A DNA stretch of 64,000 nucleotides, taken from the NCBI GenBank assembly GCA_963692865.2, contig OY843592.1, forward strand, positions 2,848,001 to 2,912,000, in the 5' to 3' direction. Shown here piece after piece: positions 9,487-19,810 of the stretch. Every line of letters begins with the position of its first letter. Position 1 is the first letter of the stretch. The notes under the pieces were generated by a model that made no database searches, was not told the origin of the DNA, and worked only from the letters and a program-made list of their open reading frames with translations. This DNA comes from a bacterium. Lineage in GTDB: Bacteria > UBA8248. The position numbers and the translations under genes are program-made.

Positions 9487-10288
9487 ATTTGGGCGTCGTT
9501 CACGCAGGAGAAGACGCCGCTCAGGAAGGCGTTCTTTTCAGCGAGGGATATTCCTGGTTCCCAATCTGCTGACAACAGGCAGTCTTTTCGCCGGTTTCTA
9601 TGCGATCGTCGCATCCATCCAGGGAGACTTCACCTGGGCCTCGCTGGCCATATTGTTGGCCATCGTTTTAGATGGGCTCGATGGCACTGTCGCCCGATTG
9701 ACGAAGAGCACAAGTCCTTTTGGCCTTCAATACGACTCATTGTGCGATCTGACGGCTTTCGGCATTGCGCCGGCGATTTTGATATATACTTGGCTCCTCG
9801 CTCCTTACGGGAGAATCGGCTGGCTGGCCACATTCATTTTCGCCGCTTGCGGCGCCTTGAGGCTGGCGCGCTTTAACGTGTTGGCGCAAGCGGGCAGCGG
9901 TTCCATGGATTTCCGAGGGCTGCCGATACCCGGGGCGGCGGGTGTTTTGGCATCCATCGTATATTTGGTGGAAGATTTTTCGATCAAAGCTCACATCCCC
10001 CTTATTCTTATTGCGGCGCTCAGCTACGTACTGGCATTCCTGATGGTGAGCACCATCCGTTACAAGAGTTTCAAGGACTTAAGCGGCCCTCTTATCAGAC
10101 CATTCCGCGTCCTCGTCGGCGTGGTGCTCGCTCTTTTCGTGGCGGCGGCGATTCCTCAGGTGGTCGCCTGTCTGGCTTTTGTTGGTTATGCCGCATCCGG
10201 CCCCTATGGACTGATAACGAGATGGCGGAAAACCAAACGAGAGAGTGCCTTAGAAAATTTCGAAGGAACCCATTCGGAAACTTCATAA
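9452..10288 (+). CDS. pssA: CDP-diacylglycerol--serine O-phosphatidyltransferase
   Basis: PNLLT, DGLDG..AR...G..YDSLCD, LRLARFN; start uncertain. Confidence 0.93.
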   Translation: MDEQATRQPRNKFGRRSRRRRRRSGRRSFQRGIFLVPNLLTTGSLFAGFYAIVASIQGDFTWASLAILLAIVLDGLDGTVARLTKSTSPFGLQYDSLCDLTAFGIAPAILIYTWLLAPYGRIGWLATFIFAACGALRLARFNVLAQAGSGSMDFRGLPIPGAAGVLASIVYLVEDFSIKAHIPLILIAALSYVLAFLMVSTIRYKSFKDLSGPLIRPFRVLVGVVLALFVAAAIPQVVACLAFVGYAASGPYGLITRWRKTKRESALENFEGTHSETS

Positions 10289-10469
10289 TCCTCCCTGAAG
10301 CGCGTTTTATGCCGCTGTAACCGGCTCGAATCATGAGCGCATCTCATCTTCTTGCTTGTTTCCCCTCGATTGCGCTCTCACCAAATTGTATTCATAATCC
10401 ATTCGACTCAAAATCGTTTTTGGAAAGCCCGGCTCATCTGAAGTCAGAGATAGTTCTTCACGAATCACG

Positions 10470-12794
10470 ATGATGAGAATCTCCGTGTCAAACAATCCAA
10501 AATTCGCTTTTCTGAAAACACATGGGCTTTATTTATCAATCACCATTTTCTCCCTCGTATTTTTCTGGGCGCCGTCTTTACCTCAGGCACAACAAAAAAA
10601 TGGCGCGCAAGCCCCTGTCAATCCGACTACCAGAAGCGACGAGGGTCTCCGGTTCTTGAGAGAGCAGGAAGCGTCCATCGCCATCACGGCAGATGAAATA
10701 CGAGAAGATCGGGAGCGGCAACGAATTATCGGTCGTGGGGCTGCGGACATCCGGTATCTAGGCAAAAGAATCCGGGCGAACCATATCGAGGTGCAGACAT
10801 CGACGCGCGATGGCGTCGCTACCGGAGACATTGTTTTTCAAACAAGGGATGACCGTATCGTCGCGAACCGCATCGAGTTCAATCTCGATACCGAACGGAT
10901 GGTCGTATTCAACGCGCGTGGCTTTATCGGTGCTACTTATTATGTGACGGGAAGAGTGATTCGGCGCTTGTCCGAGGACTGGTATGAAATCCAGGGAGGC
11001 ACCTTCACAACGTGCGAAGGAGATCTGCCGGACTGGGCTTTCGGCTTCGAGCAGGCGACCTTCCAGGTCGAGGGCTATGCCCAACTCGAAGCTCCCACTA
11101 TGACGGTGAAGGGCGTGCCTGCGGTTTTTCTCCCTTGGGCCATGGTGCCGATAAAAACAAAGAGAGCCACCGGCTTCCTCCTACCGGGCATCGGCTCAAG
11201 CAGTCGAAACGGTTTCCAGTTTTCACCCTCGTTTTTCTGGGCCATCAACAACTCGTCGGACGCCACCTTCGGGGTCGATTATTTCACCAAGCGCGGGGTT
11301 CGCTACAAAGGAGAGTACCGCTACGCACCAAGTAGAAACACAGCGGGAGAAATAGCGGGCCGCTATCTGAAAGACAAACTCGACCGGACGACATTTTGGG
11401 ACGTCAAAGGATTCCATGGCACGAATTTCAAGGACATCGGAGGCAATCTGCACGCAGTGGTCGATTTGCAGAAACGCCCGACGAACGACCGCTCACTCGA
11501 AGGCGATTTGCTGACCCGCACACGCCAGGGAACGGATACCCATGTCACCTATACGCAAAATCTCCCAAAAATCGCCGGGCAGCTCCAATTGGGGATGAGG
11601 CGACGCGAAGGTTTTGGGAAAAACGATGAACAATTGTTTCAAAAGGCGCCGGAAATTATTCTGGGCATTCACAGCAAACGTTTGGTGAAAAGCGATTTAT
11701 ATTTCAACCTGGATTCCTCCTTCACCAATTTCAGAAAAACCGAAAACGAAAATACGCTTCGCTTGAGCCGGTTTCATGTCGAACCATCCTTATCGTTTCG
11801 CTTCGATACTGTTCCCTGGCTTGGCCTGACGCCCGAAATCGGATTCCGAAGAACCCACTGGACGCATCAGAAAACAGAGCCGGGTCTGGATTCGAACTTC
11901 GATGAGGCGCAATTCGTGGAATCCGGCCTGTCGCGTGAAATGTGGTTTACGAGGCTTCATGCGATTGGCCCGCGATACGGCAAAGTCTACCGGGGCGCAC
12001 TCGGCCCCTTACGGGATTTCAAGCACATTCTCTCGTTCGAGACGAAGTATCAATACAGCCCCAACAACGACACATACGACAGAAGCCTGATCATACCCCT
12101 GGATCCGGTGGATGAACTTCAGCATGGACACGCCATCGAATACGCCATCGTGAACCATGTGCTGACAAAAATGGCCGCAAAAGACGAATTCCAGACGAGG
12201 CAGTTGTTTCGGTATCGAATCAGCCAGACGTATGATATTGTCGAAGCGCGAAGGAATGAAGACCTGGACACGAGACCGAAACGTCCATTCGGCGACATCA
12301 ATTTCAGGTTGGAATCACGACCCATATCCAAATTTCGTCTGCTGCAACAAGTGAAATACAACCCATATGATTCAGAAATAAGCGAACATTCTACAGGCTT
12401 CCTTGTAGAGGATGGCAACAATTGGTACGTCAATACAGATCGGACCTGGACACGCCAAAGAGACGATTATCCAGAAAACGCAGGAAGCAGTTACCTGAAT
12501 TTCGCCGGAGGATTCTCCGTCAACCGCCATCTTTTTATCGAATACATCACACGCTTGAATAAAACTGAAAAGACCACGCTCGAACAAAGTATCTCGGCCC
12601 GCTACCTCGACTGTTGCTGGAGCGTGGAACTCACCATCACCGACACCAAGGATAAAAGCGACGTCTTTCTGGGTTTCAGCCTCATCGGTCTGCTTGAAGG
12701 CGACAAGGCCGTGGGTTTCACGCGCAGACGAAATGTTTTGCGAAAAGGCACATCTGGGGGAATCGGCTCATGGCCCCTTTCGCCTTTTGAGTAA
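10470..12794 (+). CDS. lptD: LPS-assembly protein LptD
   Basis: FTTC...PDW, KRATGFLLP, C-terminal CCW, 774 aa. Confidence 0.88.
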   Translation: MMRISVSNNPKFAFLKTHGLYLSITIFSLVFFWAPSLPQAQQKNGAQAPVNPTTRSDEGLRFLREQEASIAITADEIREDRERQRIIGRGAADIRYLGKRIRANHIEVQTSTRDGVATGDIVFQTRDDRIVANRIEFNLDTERMVVFNARGFIGATYYVTGRVIRRLSEDWYEIQGGTFTTCEGDLPDWAFGFEQATFQVEGYAQLEAPTMTVKGVPAVFLPWAMVPIKTKRATGFLLPGIGSSSRNGFQFSPSFFWAINNSSDATFGVDYFTKRGVRYKGEYRYAPSRNTAGEIAGRYLKDKLDRTTFWDVKGFHGTNFKDIGGNLHAVVDLQKRPTNDRSLEGDLLTRTRQGTDTHVTYTQNLPKIAGQLQLGMRRREGFGKNDEQLFQKAPEIILGIHSKRLVKSDLYFNLDSSFTNFRKTENENTLRLSRFHVEPSLSFRFDTVPWLGLTPEIGFRRTHWTHQKTEPGLDSNFDEAQFVESGLSREMWFTRLHAIGPRYGKVYRGALGPLRDFKHILSFETKYQYSPNNDTYDRSLIIPLDPVDELQHGHAIEYAIVNHVLTKMAAKDEFQTRQLFRYRISQTYDIVEARRNEDLDTRPKRPFGDINFRLESRPISKFRLLQQVKYNPYDSEISEHSTGFLVEDGNNWYVNTDRTWTRQRDDYPENAGSSYLNFAGGFSVNRHLFIEYITRLNKTEKTTLEQSISARYLDCCWSVELTITDTKDKSDVFLGFSLIGLLEGDKAVGFTRRRNVLRKGTSGGIGSWPLSPFE

Positions 12795-12858
12795 GATAGA
12801 ACGACTTTTCTTTTACAATTGCGCAACCTGCATATCTTATGAAGGGTGAGACAGTCCA

Positions 12859-14184
12859 GTGAACATTTGTGTTATCGGCTGCGGATATGTGGGATTGGTC
12901 ACAGGGGCCATCTTCGCCGATTTGGGCAACGACGTCATCGGCGTAGACATCGACCAAAACCGCGTGGATACCCTGAACGCGGGAGGCTGCCCCATCCACG
13001 AACCCAGACTGCCCGAACTGCTGGAGCGCAACCTGAGAGAAGGCAGACTCACCTTCACCGCCTCCATCCCAGAAGCAGTGTTGAGGAACGAGATCATTTT
13101 CATCTGCGTGGGTACCCCGCCCGCTGAGGATGGCGGAACCGACCTCTCGCAAGTGAAGACGGCTGCGACAGGCATCGCTCGCGCGTTGAACAGCTACAAG
13201 ATCATCGTCAACAAAAGCACTGTGCCCGTAGGCACGGGGGATTTTGTTCGAGAGGTTATCGAAAAAAACGGTGTTGCTCCGACAGATTTCGACGTGGTCT
13301 GCAATCCGGAATTCTTGCGCGAAGGGCAAGCGGTGCGGGACACATTACAGCCGGACCGCATCGTTATCGGTTCATCATCGGAAAAAGCGGCGAAAACCGT
13401 TCAGTTTCTATACCAAGCCCTGAACGCTCCTTGCATCATCACGGACACGCAAAGCGCCGAGTTGATCAAATACGCCTCGAACGCGTTTCTAGCGATGAAA
13501 ATCACATTTATTAACGCGGTGGCGAATCTTTGCGAACAAACTCAAGCGGACATTCGGGAGGTCGCCAAAGGTATTGGCGCCGATTCGCGGATTGGCCCCG
13601 CCTTTCTCGGGGCAGGCTTAGGCTATGGCGGTTCCTGCTTCCCGAAAGACGTGGATGCCCTGTTGCACGCTTCCAGAAAACTCGGCGCTGAAATGCCCAT
13701 GCTGGAAACCATACGAGCCGAAAACGACAGCCGAGCACCCCGGTTCATCCAAAGAATCATCAAGAGAATCGGTGCGGAAAACAGATTGCCTCTCGAAGGA
13801 AAAACCATCGGCGTCTTGGGGTTATCGTTCAAACCGGACACGGACGACATGCGAGAAGCCAAAAGCATCGAAATTTGTCACGCGCTCCGAGAGGCGGGCG
13901 CCCGGCTGCGCGCATACGACCCCATCGCCACTGAAAACGCCAGGCGAATCATTGGCGACGAGAGGATCGAATACTGCAAAAGCCCCTACGAGGCAGCGAA
14001 AGGCGCAAGCGGAATCGTTATCGTCACCGAATGGCGCGAATTCATTCAGTTGAATCTGAATCGCTTGAAGTCGGAGATGATGGAGCCGATTATATTCGAC
14101 GGTCGAAACATCTACTCTTCTGAACAAATAACGGATGCTGGTTTTGAATACTTCAGCATCGGCAAAGCACCAGCGAAACTCTGA
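12859..14184 (+). CDS. ugd: UDP-glucose 6-dehydrogenase
   Basis: [34 protein letters not shown]. Confidence 0.95.
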   Translation: MNICVIGCGYVGLVTGAIFADLGNDVIGVDIDQNRVDTLNAGGCPIHEPRLPELLERNLREGRLTFTASIPEAVLRNEIIFICVGTPPAEDGGTDLSQVKTAATGIARALNSYKIIVNKSTVPVGTGDFVREVIEKNGVAPTDFDVVCNPEFLREGQAVRDTLQPDRIVIGSSSEKAAKTVQFLYQALNAPCIITDTQSAELIKYASNAFLAMKITFINAVANLCEQTQADIREVAKGIGADSRIGPAFLGAGLGYGGSCFPKDVDALLHASRKLGAEMPMLETIRAENDSRAPRFIQRIIKRIGAENRLPLEGKTIGVLGLSFKPDTDDMREAKSIEICHALREAGARLRAYDPIATENARRIIGDERIEYCKSPYEAAKGASGIVIVTEWREFIQLNLNRLKSEMMEPIIFDGRNIYSSEQITDAGFEYFSIGKAPAKL

Positions 14185-14186
14185 TA

Positions 14187-15143
14187 ATGAAAAACTCTCG
14201 CGTTGTGGTAACGGGTGGAGCGGGCTTCATCGGCTCCCATTTGTGCGACAAACTCATCGCGCTGGGCAACGATGTCGCATGCGTCGACAATTTCTTAACC
14301 GGACACCACTCCAACATCGGGCGCCTCCTTGAAAGCGGACATCCGCATTTCACGCTCATCGAACACAACGTGAGCGAACATATTCATGTCGAGGGAGAAG
14401 TGGACGCCGTTTTCCATCTCGCGAGTCCGGCCAGCCCGAACGACTACCTGAAATTTCCCATCCAAACATTAAAGGTCGGCTCCCTCGGCACCCACAACGC
14501 CGTCGGACTTGCAAAGGAAAAAAAGGCGCGATTTCTTCTGGCCTCCACCTCGGAAGTATATGGCGACCCCCAAATTCATCCGCAACACGAGGAATACTGG
14601 GGACACGTCAACCCCATCGGGCCGCGGGGCGTGTACGATGAAGCCAAAAGATTCTCGGAGGCAATGGCCATGGCCTATCACCGAACCCATCGCATCAACG
14701 TGCACATCGCACGCATTTTCAACACCTATGGCCCGAGAATGCGGCTCGCAGACGGACGCGCGATACCCACTTTTATCTCGCAAGCCATTCGGAATGAACC
14801 CCTCAGCGTCTTTGGCGATGGCCGGCAAACCAGAAGTTTTTGTTTCATCACCGATCTCATCGATGGCATCATCAAACTCATGGACAGCGAAATTCATGAA
14901 CCAGTCAACCTGGGGAATCCTTCGGAAATGACGGTTCTCGACCTTGCGGAGAAAATCATCGACCTCACAGGCTCAAATTCGGATATTGAGCATGAGCCGC
15001 TGCCGGTTGACGACCCGAAAGTCCGCCAACCCGACATCCGAAAAGCGAAAAAACACCTTGGCTGGGAGCCGGCGGTTTCTTTGGAGGAGGGCCTCCTGGC
15101 TACCATAAATGACTTCCGGAGGCGATTGAACATCAACCCTTGA
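14187..15143 (+). CDS. UDP-glucuronate decarboxylase (UXS-like SDR)
   Basis: [32 protein letters not shown]. Confidence 0.9.
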   Translation: MKNSRVVVTGGAGFIGSHLCDKLIALGNDVACVDNFLTGHHSNIGRLLESGHPHFTLIEHNVSEHIHVEGEVDAVFHLASPASPNDYLKFPIQTLKVGSLGTHNAVGLAKEKKARFLLASTSEVYGDPQIHPQHEEYWGHVNPIGPRGVYDEAKRFSEAMAMAYHRTHRINVHIARIFNTYGPRMRLADGRAIPTFISQAIRNEPLSVFGDGRQTRSFCFITDLIDGIIKLMDSEIHEPVNLGNPSEMTVLDLAEKIIDLTGSNSDIEHEPLPVDDPKVRQPDIRKAKKHLGWEPAVSLEEGLLATINDFRRRLNINP

Positions 15144-15180
15144 AATTCGGCCCATGGTCGGCTAGATTGCAGGTCAGCGG

Positions 15181-15837
15181 GTGGATTCCCTGCCCTACCG
15201 TCTTTACCGCCCCACTACTCAGAGGCATCCTTTGGAACCATCGGCAAAGGAATTCCTGGCCGAACGCGCTTTGAGATACAAATCTCTCGCAGAGAGCGAT
15301 TTCTCCCGGCAAGTAGACGATATCTGCCGCGCCATCGTCGAATGCCTGGAATCCGATAAGAAAATCATTGCCTTCGGCAATGGCGGAAGCGCCGCGCTCG
15401 CCATGCACTTCACGGGTGAACTCGTAGGCCGCTTCCTGGCTGATCGCGCTCCCCTCCCCGCAATTTGCCTCAGCGGCGATACGAGCGCTCTCACCGCCAT
15501 CGGGAACGATTATACGTACGAGGAAATTTTCGGGCGCCAGATTCAGGCGCACGGACGAGCGGGAGACATCGCCCTGGGTCTGAGCACGAGCGGTAATTCG
15601 GCCAATATCGTCTGCGCCCTTAAGCGAGCCGGCTCCCTGGGGATGGTTGGCGTCGCGATGACCGGAAGCGGCGGCGGCCCTGTCTCCCGAGCCGCGAAAT
15701 ATGCGGCGAAAGTACCCTCGAATGACACCGGCTTCATACAGGAAGCCCATGAAGCCGCTCTTCATTATATTTGCCACCGTATTGATGAGGTTTTCACCAA
15801 GGACTCGCAAGAGCGTAAAATCGCCCTGAATGGTTGA
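15181..15837 (+). CDS. gmhA: phosphoheptose isomerase (SIS domain)
   Basis: GNGGSA, TAIGNDY, STSGNS, IQE.H; start uncertain. Confidence 0.88.
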   Translation: MDSLPYRLYRPTTQRHPLEPSAKEFLAERALRYKSLAESDFSRQVDDICRAIVECLESDKKIIAFGNGGSAALAMHFTGELVGRFLADRAPLPAICLSGDTSALTAIGNDYTYEEIFGRQIQAHGRAGDIALGLSTSGNSANIVCALKRAGSLGMVGVAMTGSGGGPVSRAAKYAAKVPSNDTGFIQEAHEAALHYICHRIDEVFTKDSQERKIALNG

Positions 15838-16661
15838 GTGGAATTAACGACGGGACGCGAGACGTGGAAATCGGAGTTCTAGGCAGCGGGAGTCGGGGCA
15901 ACGCCTCTTTGGTTCGTTCAAACGGTGCTGCGTTTCTCGTCGATGCAGGCCTCAGCGCACGACAAATCACCAAACGCCTGGAAACCTACGGCATCCGCCC
16001 GCAAGATTTGATGGCCATCGTGCTCACGCATGAACACATCGATCACATCAGAAGCGCAGGTACTCTGGCGAGAAGATGGAATCTGCCCCTTTGGACGAAC
16101 AAAGCCACATACACGGCAAGCCTGGAGACGATAGGCGAGACGCCTGCGTGGACGGAAATTGAAGTGGGGCTCCCTTTTCAGATCGGAGGCGTACGAGTGG
16201 AGCCTTTCAGCACGCCACACGATGCGGCCGACCCCTTCGGGATGATATTCAGCGCAGAAGACGGGCGCCGCGTCGGTTTCGCCACCGACATGGGATTCGT
16301 CACGAATCTGGCGCGCCAGCGGCTCCAGGGGCTTCAGGGACTCGTTCTGGAATTCAATCATGACGTGGAAATGCTCATCAACGGCCCCTACCCCTGGCCG
16401 ATCAAACAGAGGATTCGAGGCAAACTCGGACACCTCAGCAATACGGATGCTGCGAAACTGCTGGATAACATCGTCACGGCCGACTTCGAGTGGCTCATCT
16501 GCGCGCATATCTCACAGGAGAATAACGACGACCAGCTTCTCCTGGAGACGGCCAGAAAGGCGTTGAACGGCCATGGACGGAGAAATATCCTGAGCGCTTC
16601 TCAGGATGAGCCGACTCCCCTCGTGGGCGCCGGAGGAATAGCGGCGGAGGATACTTCTTGA
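15834..16661 (+). CDS. MBL-fold metallohydrolase, YycJ/WalJ-like
   Basis: SGSRGN, THEHIDH, PHDA, GHLSN. Confidence 0.88.
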   Translation: MSGINDGTRDVEIGVLGSGSRGNASLVRSNGAAFLVDAGLSARQITKRLETYGIRPQDLMAIVLTHEHIDHIRSAGTLARRWNLPLWTNKATYTASLETIGETPAWTEIEVGLPFQIGGVRVEPFSTPHDAADPFGMIFSAEDGRRVGFATDMGFVTNLARQRLQGLQGLVLEFNHDVEMLINGPYPWPIKQRIRGKLGHLSNTDAAKLLDNIVTADFEWLICAHISQENNDDQLLLETARKALNGHGRRNILSASQDEPTPLVGAGGIAAEDTS

Positions 16662-17965
16662 TTCCGAGATACACACGCCCCGAAATGGCGAAAATATGGG
16701 AAGAACATGAAAAACTGCAGCGCATGCTGGACGTGGAGATAGCCGTTTGCGAGGAAATGAGCGCACGTGGTGAAATTCCAGAAGACGCGCTTGAGGAGAT
16801 TAAATCGAAAGCGGCGTTCGACCCCGAGCGGATCAAGGAGATCGAGCGCGTCACCAAGCACGACGTCATCGCCTTTCTCACCAACGTGGCGGAGCACGTA
16901 GGGCTGGCCTCGCGCTACATTCACCTCGGCATGACGAGCAGCGACGTCCTCGATACCGGTCTCGCCCTTCAGCTCATATCCGCCGCCGACATCATTCTCG
17001 ATGACATTCAGGAACTCAAAAAAACCCTGAAAGAACGCGCACTGGAGCAAAAACACACCATCATATCGGGCAGAACCCACGGGATGCACGCTGAACCCAC
17101 GACTCTTGGTCTCAAAATAGCCACCTGGTACACCGAGTTCGAACGCGCGTCCGAGCGAATGCAAAGCGCGCGGGAAGCCGTTCGCGTCGGTCAGATATCC
17201 GGCGCCGTAGGCGCATGTCCCCACATCCCGCCGGATGCCGAAGAGGCCATCTGCGAGCGCCTGGGTCTCAAGGTGGACCGCGTAAGCAGCCAAATCATCC
17301 AGCGCGACCGCCATGCGGAGTATCACCTTGCTCTCGCTCTCGTGGCGGCGAGCATCTCCCGCGTGGCGACGGAGGTGCGTCACCTGCAAAGGAATGAAGT
17401 GGGCGAAGCGGAAGAGTTCTTCAGCAAAGGCCAGAAAGGGAGTTCCGCCATGCCCCACAAGAGAAATCCCGTGGTTTCGGAACAACTGTGTGGCCTTGCC
17501 CGCGTGGTGCAGGGAAACGCCACGGCGGCTCTGCAGAACGTCCCTCTATGGCATGAACGCGACATATCCCACTCATCCGTGGAACGCGTGATATTGCCGG
17601 ACAGCACGATTCTAGTCGATTACATGCTGGTCAAATTGAACGACTTGATGAAAAACTGGGTCGTGTATCCCGACAAGATGCTGGAAAACCTCGATCGCTC
17701 GAAGGGGTTGCTCCTCAGCGAACATGTCATGCTCGCCCTGATTCGCAAAACGGGCATCACCCGGGAGGAAGCCTACGCGCGCGTTCAGGCGCCCGCCATG
17801 GAAACATGGGCAGAAGGAGGCGATTTTCAGGCGAAACTGGCAGCGGATCCCCAAGTGGGCGGCGTGCTGGGCGAAGAAGAACTCTCCCATTGCTTCGACA
17901 TGAGCGCTCATCTGAAAAATCTGGACAAGATTTTCGAGCGCGTCTTCGGCGCCGATGGCGAATGA
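16658..17965 (+). CDS. purB: adenylosuccinate lyase
   Basis: MIPRY, KHDVIAF, GSSAMPHKRNP. Confidence 0.97.
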   Translation: MIPRYTRPEMAKIWEEHEKLQRMLDVEIAVCEEMSARGEIPEDALEEIKSKAAFDPERIKEIERVTKHDVIAFLTNVAEHVGLASRYIHLGMTSSDVLDTGLALQLISAADIILDDIQELKKTLKERALEQKHTIISGRTHGMHAEPTTLGLKIATWYTEFERASERMQSAREAVRVGQISGAVGACPHIPPDAEEAICERLGLKVDRVSSQIIQRDRHAEYHLALALVAASISRVATEVRHLQRNEVGEAEEFFSKGQKGSSAMPHKRNPVVSEQLCGLARVVQGNATAALQNVPLWHERDISHSSVERVILPDSTILVDYMLVKLNDLMKNWVVYPDKMLENLDRSKGLLLSEHVMLALIRKTGITREEAYARVQAPAMETWAEGGDFQAKLAADPQVGGVLGEEELSHCFDMSAHLKNLDKIFERVFGADGE

Positions 17966-18002
17966 AACTGAATAAGCGGGGTGACAAACAAGGGAATAGT
18001 TA

Positions 18003-18011
18003 TGTTAGTAT
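18003..18011 (+). promoter_or_regulatory. putative extended -10 promoter upstream of purC
   Basis: TGT-TAGTAT in AT-rich purB-purC spacer. Confidence 0.35.
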
Positions 18012-18118
18012 AAGAAGTCCAAATCGCCCGATATGGTCGTTTTCTAACCCGCTCAATTGATGGAATACCCCCTAAGACGAAGGTTCGAATTCAGCGATCC
18101 TCGGATGGAGAATTGTTC

Positions 18119-18832
18119 ATGGAACGCGGCAGACAGGTTTACGAAGGCAAGGCCAAAATCATCTACGAGACCGACAACCCAGATTACTACATTCAGTTCT
18201 TCAAAGACGATGCTTCCGCATTCAACGCCAAGAAACTCGGCACCATTGAAGCCAAGGGAGTTTTCAACAACTCCATCTCCTCTCGCCTGCTGCAAGAGGT
18301 GGAGCGCCAGGGCGTGCCGACGCATTACGTGGAAAAACTCTCCGAGCGGGAGATGCTGGTGAAAAAACTCGACATCATTCTGGTCGAAGTGGTGCTGAGG
18401 AACATCATCGCGGGAAGTCTGGCCAAGCGGATGGGCGTGGAGGAAGGCGCCCGCCTCCCGAACACGATAGTCGACCTGCATCTGAAAAACGATGAACTCG
18501 ATGACCCGCTCATCAACGAAGACACCGCCGTGGCCTTCGGCCTCGCGACGCGCGAAGAACTCGCGCAGATGCGCGAATACGCCTTCAAGGTGAACGACAT
18601 CCTCACCTCGTTTTTCTCCGATCGGAACATCGACCTCGTGGACTTCAAGCTCGAATTCGGGCGCTGCGCCGCGGAGGGCGGCAAGCTGCTCCTGGGCGAT
18701 GAAATCACGCCGGACGGCTGCCGTTTCTGGGAGAAGGGAACGGGCCGGAAACTGGATAAGGATCGCTTCCGCAGGGACCTGGGACAGGTGGAAGACGCAT
18801 ACGCCGAAGTCGAAAAACTCGTCATAGAATAA
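18119..18832 (+). CDS. purC: SAICAR synthetase
   Basis: YEGKAK, VDFKLEFG, DEITPD, LDKDRFR. Confidence 0.97.
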   Translation: MERGRQVYEGKAKIIYETDNPDYYIQFFKDDASAFNAKKLGTIEAKGVFNNSISSRLLQEVERQGVPTHYVEKLSEREMLVKKLDIILVEVVLRNIIAGSLAKRMGVEEGARLPNTIVDLHLKNDELDDPLINEDTAVAFGLATREELAQMREYAFKVNDILTSFFSDRNIDLVDFKLEFGRCAAEGGKLLLGDEITPDGCRFWEKGTGRKLDKDRFRRDLGQVEDAYAEVEKLVIE

Positions 18833-18845
18833 CTTTCGCCCTGAG

Positions 18846-19115
18846 GTGGTGATGCCGAAAGCCCTGGTCTACGTGACGTTCAAAACGGGCGTGCTCGACC
18901 CTCAGGGGGAAGCCGTTCGGGGAGCGCTCTCCTCCCTTGGATTCAAGGGCGTGAACGACGTGCGCGTGGGAAAATTCATCGAGATAGAACTCGAAGACGC
19001 GGACGACGTTCATGCCGATATTGAAAAAATGTGCCGCGACCTGCTCGCCAACCCCGTCATCGAAGACTACCGTATCGAAATGGCGGACGAGTCTACGAAC
19101 GGCGAGAGTCGGTAA
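18846..19115 (+). CDS. purS: FGAM synthase subunit PurS
   Basis: [21 protein letters not shown]. Confidence 0.95.
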   Translation: MVMPKALVYVTFKTGVLDPQGEAVRGALSSLGFKGVNDVRVGKFIEIELEDADDVHADIEKMCRDLLANPVIEDYRIEMADESTNGESR

Positions 19116-19810
19116 TGCGGTTCGCCGTCATCGTCTTCCCCGGCTCCAATTGCGATCATGACTGCTACCACGCCATCAAGGACGTTCTGAAACAGCCGGT
19201 GCGGTTCGTCTGGCACAAGGAAACCTCTCTGGCAGACGCGGAGGTGGTGATACTCCCTGGAGGTTTCAGCTACGGGGATTATCTAAGGGCCGGCGCCATA
19301 TCGCGCTTCTCTCCCATCATGAAGGCCGTTTCCGCCCATGCCCGGGAGGGGCGTCCCCTGCTCGGCATATGCAACGGCTTTCAGTGCCTGACCGAATCGG
19401 GCCTCCTCCCCGGGGCCTTGAGGAGAAACGAGTCGCTGCGCTTCGTTTGTGACGATGTTTGGCTGAAATGCGAAACACCGAGAACCCCCTTCACCTGCGG
19501 CATCGAGCCGGAAGAAGTCCTCAAAATGACCATCGCGCATGGAGAGGGGAACTACTTCTGCGATTCCGCTACGCTCGCCGAACTCGAAGACAACGAGCAG
19601 ATAGTCTTCCGCTACACGAACGCGGCGGGAAGCGTGGACACTGAAGCGAATCCCAACGGATCGATAGAAAACATCGCGGGTATATGCAACCTGGCTGGAA
19701 ACGTGGTTGGCCTCATGCCGCATCCCGAGCGCAGCTGCGACCTCCTGCTCGGCGGCGAGGACGGGCTCAAGATGTTCACGTCCGTGCTGCATATGGTGGC
19801 GGCATCGTGA
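19115..19810 (+). CDS. purQ: FGAM synthase glutaminase subunit
   Basis: [27 protein letters not shown]; ATG at 19115. Confidence 0.96.
   Translation: MRFAVIVFPGSNCDHDCYHAIKDVLKQPVRFVWHKETSLADAEVVILPGGFSYGDYLRAGAISRFSPIMKAVSAHAREGRPLLGICNGFQCLTESGLLPGALRRNESLRFVCDDVWLKCETPRTPFTCGIEPEEVLKMTIAHGEGNYFCDSATLAELEDNEQIVFRYTNAAGSVDTEANPNGSIENIAGICNLAGNVVGLMPHPERSCDLLLGGEDGLKMFTSVLHMVAAS

Noticed and set aside
17983-18010. dif-like site (TTATGTTAGTA)
   Set aside because: Only a partial XerD-arm match and no XerC arm; better explained as an extended -10 promoter
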